A stretch of DNA of 12,043 nucleotides from Candidatus Tenderia sp. (GTDB lineage Bacteria; Pseudomonadota; Gammaproteobacteria; Tenderiales; Tenderiaceae): contig JANOSY010000037.1 of the NCBI GenBank assembly GCA_031416075.1, positions 1 to 12,043 on the forward strand, in the 5' to 3' direction. Position 1 is the first letter of the stretch. Every line of letters starts with the position of its first letter. This document shows positions 6,553 to 12,043 of this stretch, piece by piece. A program made the position numbers and the translations under genes. The notes below the pieces were generated by a model. The model did no database searches. It saw nothing but the letters and a program-made list of their open reading frames with translations, and was not told the DNA's origin.

Positions 6553-8559
6553 TTATACCAACCCCATCCCCGCCTCCTGAACCCGCTTTATCTCATCGCG
6601 CACATGGGCGGCTTCCTCAAACTCAAGATTCTGGGCATGTTTGTGCATTTTTTGCTCAAGCTGTTTGACCCTTTTACCCAACTCCGCAGCCGACATGACG
6701 CTGTATTGAGCCGACTCTTCTGCCACCTTGGCAGAACGACGCGAATCAGCAGCTCCTGAATAGGCCCCTTCCATAATATCTGCCACTTTACGCTCGATGC
6801 TTCTAGGGGTAATCCCGTGCGCCTTGTTATGCGCCACCTGTTTAACACGTCGCCGCTCGGTTTCATCCATGGCTCGTTGCATCGAACCAGTAATTCTATC
6901 GGCATAGAGAATCGCCTTCCCACGCAAGTGTCGGGCGGCACGGCCAATGGTCTGTATCAGGGATCGTTCAGAACGCAGAAACCCCTCTTTATCGGCGTCC
7001 AGGATTGCGACCAGTGATACTTCGGGGATATCCAACCCTTCGCGCAACAGGTTAATGCCTACCAGTACATCAAACACCCCAAGCCTCAAATCACGAATGA
7101 TTTCAACCCGTTCCACCGTATCTATATCAGAATGCAGATAACGAACACGCACGCCATGTTCGGCAAGATAGTCAGTCAGATCCTCTGCCATCCGTTTAGT
7201 GAGTGTGGTCACCAGTACCCGCTCGTTTACTTTGGCGCGCTGTTTTGCCTCCGACAGCAGATCATCAACCTGAGTTGCAACAGGACGTACCTCAATAACA
7301 GGATCGACCAAGCCGGTGGGGCGAACCACCTGTTCAACCGTATTATCCCCATGTTCCAGTTCGTAATTACCCGGTGTTGCGGAGACATAAATGGTCTGCG
7401 GCACCATCCGCTCAAACTCATCAAAGCGCATTGGCCGATTATCCAGCGCCGAGGGCAGTCGAAAACCATACTCCACAAGTGTCTCTTTACGGGAGCGATC
7501 ACCTTTATACATTGCCCCCAGCTGTGACACGGTGACATGACTCTCATCAATAACCACAATGGCATCCTGTGGCAGGTAATCAAACAGTGTCGGCGGTGCC
7601 TCACCTGGGTTACGCCCGGAGAGATAGCGTGAGTAGTTTTCTATGCCAGAACAGTAACCTAGCTCAACAATCATTTCGATATCAAAGATTGTGCGCTGCT
7701 CCAGCCGCTGCGCCTCCACCAGTTTATTATTATCTCGCAAGTGGGCAAGCCGCTCGCGCAACTCATCCTTAATACGTTCAACCGCATCCAGCAGTGTCTG
7801 GCGCGGCGTGACGTAGTGGCTCTTGGGATAGATAGTGAGGCGCGGCACGCGTTTCAGCACCTCGCCCGTCAGCGGATCGAAATAGGAGAGTGACTCTATC
7901 TCATCATCAAACAGCTCCACGCGTACCGCATCACGGTCCGACTCCGCTGGATAGATATCAATCACGTCACCTCGCACACGATAGGTGGCGCGGCTCAGCT
8001 CAATATCATTGCGGGTATATTGCAGCTCTGCCAATCGCCGCAAAATCTCACGCTGACCAATGGCATCCCCTCGGACCAGGTGCAGTACCATGCTCAGATA
8101 GGCCTGCGGATCACCCAGGCCATAAATCGCCGAGACACTGGCTACAATAATGGTGTCCTTGCGCTCCATGATCGCTTTGGTAGCAGAAAGACGCATCTGT
8201 TCGATATGCTCGTTAATGGCCGAGTCTTTCTCTATAAATGTGTCCGATGACGGCACATAGGCCTCAGGCTGGTAGTAGTCATAGTAGGAGACAAAATATT
8301 CCACCGCACTTTCAGGGAAAAACTGTTTCATCTCGCCATAGAGCTGTGCCGCCAACGTTTTATTGGGTGCAAGAATGATGGCTGGGCGCTGTACCTGCTG
8401 GATAACATTAGCAATAGTGTATGTTTTGCCTGAGCCAGTGACCCCCAGCAATACCTGATGGGCAAGCCCATCATTCAACCCCTCCACCAGCCCTTTGATG
8501 GCTGTGGGTTGGTCGCCGGCGGGCTGGAAAGGTGAACTAATCAAAAACAGCTGACTCAT
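6553..8559 (-). CDS. uvrB: Excinuclease ABC subunit UvrB
   Basis: Walker A GVTGSGKT, beta-hairpin [35 protein letters not shown] and the C-terminal UVR domain [11 protein letters not shown] are present. Length is 668 aa. Confidence 0.99.
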   Translation of the reverse strand: MSQLFLISSPFQPAGDQPTAIKGLVEGLNDGLAHQVLLGVTGSGKTYTIANVIQQVQRPAIILAPNKTLAAQLYGEMKQFFPESAVEYFVSYYDYYQPEAYVPSSDTFIEKDSAINEHIEQMRLSATKAIMERKDTIIVASVSAIYGLGDPQAYLSMVLHLVRGDAIGQREILRRLAELQYTRNDIELSRATYRVRGDVIDIYPAESDRDAVRVELFDDEIESLSYFDPLTGEVLKRVPRLTIYPKSHYVTPRQTLLDAVERIKDELRERLAHLRDNNKLVEAQRLEQRTIFDIEMIVELGYCSGIENYSRYLSGRNPGEAPPTLFDYLPQDAIVVIDESHVTVSQLGAMYKGDRSRKETLVEYGFRLPSALDNRPMRFDEFERMVPQTIYVSATPGNYELEHGDNTVEQVVRPTGLVDPVIEVRPVATQVDDLLSEAKQRAKVNERVLVTTLTKRMAEDLTDYLAEHGVRVRYLHSDIDTVERVEIIRDLRLGVFDVLVGINLLREGLDIPEVSLVAILDADKEGFLRSERSLIQTIGRAARHLRGKAILYADRITGSMQRAMDETERRRVKQVAHNKAHGITPRSIERKVADIMEGAYSGAADSRRSAKVAEESAQYSVMSAAELGKRVKQLEQKMHKHAQNLEFEEAAHVRDEIKRVQEAGMGLV

Positions 8560-8576
8560 GGGGATTCTGCAATGCC

Positions 8577-8598
8577 TGTTAATCGAGTAATATTAACA
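8577..8598. promoter_or_regulatory. Perfect inverted repeat TGTTAAT-N8-ATTAACA in the uvrB/aminotransferase divergent promoter region
   Basis: Arms are at 8577-8583 and 8592-8598. A function as an operator is inferred only. Confidence 0.35.
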
Positions 8599-8643
8599 CC
8601 CTAATCATGCCAAAGCATTTTACCAAAGCACTATTGAGGCCCC

Positions 8644-9840
8644 ATGAGCTTAAATATTCGACTTTCCAATCGGGTACAACGGATTAAACCATCCCCGACC
8701 CTGGCCATTAGCGCCAAAGCCAAAGCACTGAAAGCTGCGGGTAGAGATATCATCGAACTCGGTGCCGGTGAGCCGGACTTTGATACCCCTGAACATATCA
8801 AAGAGGCGGCCATTAAGGCCATCCATGATGGTTTCACCAAATATACGGCTGTGGATGGCACCCCCGGACTGAAACAGGCCATCATCGCCAAGTTCGAACG
8901 TGACAACACTCTACAATACACCCCGGAACAGGTTCTGGTCTCCTGCGGCGGCAAACAGAGTTTTTTCAACTTAGCCCAGGCACTGCTCAATGCCGGGGAC
9001 GAGGTGATCATACCGGCCCCCTACTGGGTCTCCTATCCCGACATGGTGCTGCTGGCTGACGCCACGCCGATCATCATTGAAGCCGGTATTGATCAGGGGT
9101 TCAAAATCAGTCCTGATCAGCTGGAAGAGGCGATCACACCCAATACCCGCCTGTGTGTGCTTAACAGCCCTTCCAACCCCACAGGGGTTGCCTATACCCG
9201 TTCAGAACTTGCAGCACTGGGGGAGGTATTGCGCCGTTACCCACAAGTGCTCATCGCCACCGATGATATGTACGAACATATTCTCTGGGCTGCCGAACCC
9301 TTCAGCAACATCCTCAATGTCTGCCCCGATCTGTATGACCGGACCATCGTCCTGAATGGTGTCTCCAAGGCGTACTCTATGACCGGTTGGCGCATCGGCT
9401 ACGCCGCTGGCCCACTACCACTGCTTAAGGCGATGACCAAGATTCAATCACAAAGCACCTCAAACCCCACCTCTATCTCACAGGTGGCGGCACAGGCGGC
9501 ACTGGATGGAGATCAGTCCTGCATCACACAGATGCTGTACGCCTTCAAAGAGCGTCATGACTACCTTGTATCCGCGTTAAACGGCATTCATGGGGTAAAG
9601 TGTATTGAGTCACAGGGGGCTTTTTATGCCTTCCCCTCTGTACAAGGGGTTATCAATAGCCATCCGAACGCCAGTGATGACATCGCCTTGAGCGACTTGT
9701 TGCTCAACGAAGCAGACGTCGCCCTGGTCCCCGGCTCCGCCTTTGGTGCCCCCGGCTATGTGCGGCTCTCTTACGCCACATCAATGGACAATCTGCAAAC
9801 GGCCATTCAACGCATTAAAAAGGTGCTGGGCAGCAGCTGA
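8644..9840 (+). CDS. aspC: PLP-dependent aminotransferase class I/II (aspartate aminotransferase, subgroup I-beta type)
   Basis: Motifs GAGEPDFDTP, PAPYWVSY, NSPSNPTG, DDMY, PLP-lysine motif SKAYSMTGWRIGY and VRLSYA are present. Length is 398 aa. Confidence 0.93.
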   Translation: MSLNIRLSNRVQRIKPSPTLAISAKAKALKAAGRDIIELGAGEPDFDTPEHIKEAAIKAIHDGFTKYTAVDGTPGLKQAIIAKFERDNTLQYTPEQVLVSCGGKQSFFNLAQALLNAGDEVIIPAPYWVSYPDMVLLADATPIIIEAGIDQGFKISPDQLEEAITPNTRLCVLNSPSNPTGVAYTRSELAALGEVLRRYPQVLIATDDMYEHILWAAEPFSNILNVCPDLYDRTIVLNGVSKAYSMTGWRIGYAAGPLPLLKAMTKIQSQSTSNPTSISQVAAQAALDGDQSCITQMLYAFKERHDYLVSALNGIHGVKCIESQGAFYAFPSVQGVINSHPNASDDIALSDLLLNEADVALVPGSAFGAPGYVRLSYATSMDNLQTAIQRIKKVLGSS

Positions 9841-9868
9841 ACGATACATCACACGTGAGGAAACGATC

Positions 9869-10408
9869 ATGCTACACCCAAAAATAACACCCCAACAGCA
9901 TAACGCTGGTTTTACCCTGGTCGAGCTAATGATCACACTGGCAGTGGCGGCTATTCTTGCCACCGCCGCCGTCCCCTCCTTCATGAGCATGATCGCCAGC
10001 AACCGTGTCACCTCCGCCAGTAATGATCTGGTCGCGGCACTCAATATGGGTAAAAGTGAGGCGGTACGTAGCGGGCGGCACACCCTCCTGTGCAAAAATG
10101 ATAGCTGCACCACCACAGGTTCATGGGGTGACGGCTGGGTGCTCTTTAGTGATGAGAACAGTAATAATACCCGAGATGCTGCAGAACCCATTATCCGCAC
10201 CCAGGCCGCCCTGGATCCAAGTTTTGCGTTTACATACGAAGATGGCAACAGCATCAGATTCAGGCCCAACGGCAGCACCAATGAAAACGGCCGGTTCTGC
10301 TTCCGCAACAGCTACCAGAATAGTGACAGCCGGAAAGTCCTTATCACCCAGTCCGGTCGCATCCGCACCGAAAAAGTTACCCTATCCAGTAATGCCTGCC
10401 CCGCCTAA
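9869..10408 (+). CDS. fimT: Type IV minor pilin, FimT/GspH family, 179 aa
   Basis: The ATG at 9869 follows GAGG; the ORF-track start at 9743 overlaps the aminotransferase and is rejected. Features are the prepilin site AG|FTLVELMITL with E5, KSEAVRSG, W-x-x-GW, F-x-P-x-G, and C-terminal SGRIR. Confidence 0.88.
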   Translation: MLHPKITPQQHNAGFTLVELMITLAVAAILATAAVPSFMSMIASNRVTSASNDLVAALNMGKSEAVRSGRHTLLCKNDSCTTTGSWGDGWVLFSDENSNNTRDAAEPIIRTQAALDPSFAFTYEDGNSIRFRPNGSTNENGRFCFRNSYQNSDSRKVLITQSGRIRTEKVTLSSNACPA

Positions 10409-10415
10409 CCGGCCG

Positions 10416-11144
10416 TTACCAGACCAGCACAACCAGCACAACCAGCTCCATCAGCTCCACCATCGCCCCTGTTGTATCGCCAGTGGCGCCCCCCAGGCGC
10501 TGCACCATGCGGCCACGCAGCCAGAGAAAAAGCAGTGCCGCCGCCAGCAAGACCAGTAGCGCGCCCCACCCAACAATCAATAACGTTAACAGTGCTGATG
10601 CACCAAGCACCCATGGGACACTGTCGTGGGGCAGATTATCCGCCTGTTCACACCCCAAACCTTGCACACGCACGTAAGGTGTCCAGCGAAACAGTGCAAC
10701 CACCGCAGCACGTGCCAACAGTGGTGCAATCAACAGCCATGACCAGTGGCCATGGTCCAGCACTACACTCAGGGCGGCAAACTTCACCAACAGCACCACC
10801 ACTATCGCTGTCAGCCCCATGGGACCACAAAAGGGGTCTTTCATAATGCGCATTGTCGTTTCGTAGTCGCCCTGACCACCGATCCAACCGTCCACCATAT
10901 CCGCCAGCCCATCAAGATGGAGCCCACCTGAGATGACGACCCAGACGGCCAGGATCAGCGCCGCCCCCAGCAGATGGGGCTGTGACTGTGAAAGCCAGGC
11001 CGTGAGCACCAGCGCCATCCCCACCACCAGACCAATGAGGGGGTAGAAAAGTACCGAGCGCCCCTGTTCATCAGGGGAAATGTGCCCCTGACTGGGCACC
11101 GGCAGGCGGGTCAGAAGCTGTAAAGCAATCCAGAACGGGCGCAC
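10416..11144 (-). CDS. cobS: Adenosylcobinamide-GDP ribazoletransferase (cobalamin synthase)
   Basis: Multi-TM protein with motifs LLTRLPVP, GGLHLDGLADMVDG, IMKDP and GGATGDTTGA. It lies 2 bp downstream of cobC. Confidence 0.96.
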   Translation of the reverse strand: MRPFWIALQLLTRLPVPSQGHISPDEQGRSVLFYPLIGLVVGMALVLTAWLSQSQPHLLGAALILAVWVVISGGLHLDGLADMVDGWIGGQGDYETTMRIMKDPFCGPMGLTAIVVVLLVKFAALSVVLDHGHWSWLLIAPLLARAAVVALFRWTPYVRVQGLGCEQADNLPHDSVPWVLGASALLTLLIVGWGALLVLLAAALLFLWLRGRMVQRLGGATGDTTGAMVELMELVVLVVLVW

Positions 11145-11146
11145 GA

Positions 11147-11758
11147 TCAGAGTCTCCCTGCATGAAACATTAAACTGGCCATGGCCTGAGCACCCTGGCC
11201 ATCAATACGGATCCGGGTAATACCGGCATTGGGTACATGGATACGAAACATACTCTCCAGGGGGGCATCAAGCACATGCCGCACCACCATGCGGATGACA
11301 CCGGCGTGGCCAACCAACAGCAGTTGCTGCCCGGCATAGTCTGCCAGCAGCGCTCCCCAGGCACTCACGATACGGTGCTGAAACTCCGCCAGGGTTTCAG
11401 CCCCTGCGGGGCGATGGCTAATGGGGTCATCGTAGAAACGCTGCAACGCACTGGGATCTTGTGCAACGATCTGCTCTTTGGTGAGTCCCTCCCACTCACC
11501 AAAACCGATCTCCATCAAACGGCCATCAAACACAACAGGGAGCCGGTGACGCTGCCCTAACTCTGTTGCAAACGCAGCACAACGCAACAACGGCGAGCTG
11601 ACAATGGCCTGCCAAGGGCAGTGGTCAGCCACCGCTTCGCGCATCTGCTGCCACCCCTTATCACTCAGCGGATCATCAATTTTGCCACGATAACGGCCAC
11701 TGCCACCCACCGGCTCACCGTGACGAATCAGATCAACCTGGGTCACTGTCTCAGCCAT
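11147..11758 (-). CDS. cobC: Histidine phosphatase, probable alpha-ribazole phosphatase
   Basis: Motifs RHGE, SSPLLRC, EIGFGEWEG and HAGVIR are present, with a GGAGG RBS upstream. It is directly upstream of cobS. Confidence 0.88.
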   Translation of the reverse strand: MAETVTQVDLIRHGEPVGGSGRYRGKIDDPLSDKGWQQMREAVADHCPWQAIVSSPLLRCAAFATELGQRHRLPVVFDGRLMEIGFGEWEGLTKEQIVAQDPSALQRFYDDPISHRPAGAETLAEFQHRIVSAWGALLADYAGQQLLLVGHAGVIRMVVRHVLDAPLESMFRIHVPNAGITRIRIDGQGAQAMASLMFHAGRL

Positions 11759-11906
11759 CTACCACCCTCCGTCATACATCGTAAAGTTGAAGGGCGCGCC
11801 GCTTTTGGCACACCCCTCGCGAATGCCAGGCTGGGCGGCTTTGACGACTGAAAAGTGAATGGCTGACAGACGTGGCATTTCATATGTTAGTTTTCCGAGA
11901 TAGCAC

Positions 11907-12043
11907 TAGTGTACCGTAACAAATAATATACTCATACCAAGGCAGCCTTAGCACGCCCGATTTTCTCTAAAATCGCTTCAGTTGTTTTTGTCCACACAAA
12001 GGGTTTTGGATCGGTATTGTGGACCTCAATGAATTCCATAATC
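11907..12043 (-). mobile_element. Right end of an IS630-family insertion sequence
   Basis: The transposase stop at 11932 is followed within about 25 bp by a terminus reading TAGTGTACCGTAACAAATAA on the + strand. The TA at 11907-11908 lies in CTAG, consistent with IS630 TA targeting. Confidence 0.75.
11932..12042 (-). CDS. C-terminal fragment of an IS630-family transposase (continues beyond the window)
   Basis: Manual translation gives IMEFIEVHNTDPKPFVWTKTTEAILEKIGRAKAALV*. HN-x-x-PKPF-x-WTK...IL-x-K is the typical IS630 C-terminus. Confidence 0.85.
   Translation of the reverse strand: MMEFIEVHNTDPKPFVWTKTTEAILEKIGRAKAALV

Noticed and set aside
9743-9868. N-terminal extension of FimT in the ORF track
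   Set aside because: It overlaps the aminotransferase. The ATG at 9869 has an RBS and gives a normal short prepilin leader.
9841-9868. tRNA gene, sometimes found near uvrB-aminotransferase loci
   Set aside because: The gap is too short, and I saw no cloverleaf in any intergenic region of the window.
10423-10459. ACCAGCACA tandem repeat at the cobS 3' end
   Set aside because: It is explained by the repeated Leu-Val-Val codons of the last transmembrane helix.
1081-11851. Many short overlapping or antisense ORFs in the track (e.g. 1182-1574, 3521-3928, 6148-6546, 8631-9011, 9781-10308, 10005-10559)
   Set aside because: They overlap well-supported genes and show no motifs, so they are treated as shadow ORFs.

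Overview
Bacterial genomic DNA, most likely Gammaproteobacteria given uvrB divergent from an aspartate aminotransferase, a FimT pilin and cobC-cobS. Both ends are IS-type sequence: duplicated IS200/IS605-like hairpins on the left and the 3' end of an IS630-family element on the right. The left half (about 300-5500) looks lower in GC. It holds a five-gene minus-strand signalling operon: a QseB/PmrA-like response regulator, a sensor-less histidine kinase with a degenerate G2 box, a PhnD-like periplasmic binding protein with no transporter, a membrane PAS histidine kinase, and a single-domain CheY-like receiver. Divergent from the operon is an uncharacterised secreted protein with three Cys-associated Gly/Met-rich tracts, preceded by a PmrA/QseB-type direct repeat. 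This operon plus the divergent gene is the best candidate for an undescribed system, possibly metal or redox responsive, but that is inference. The right half is mostly housekeeping: uvrB, a PLP aminotransferase, an orphan fimT with a GRxR motif, cobS and cobC. All calls come from reading motifs by eye; no searches were run.
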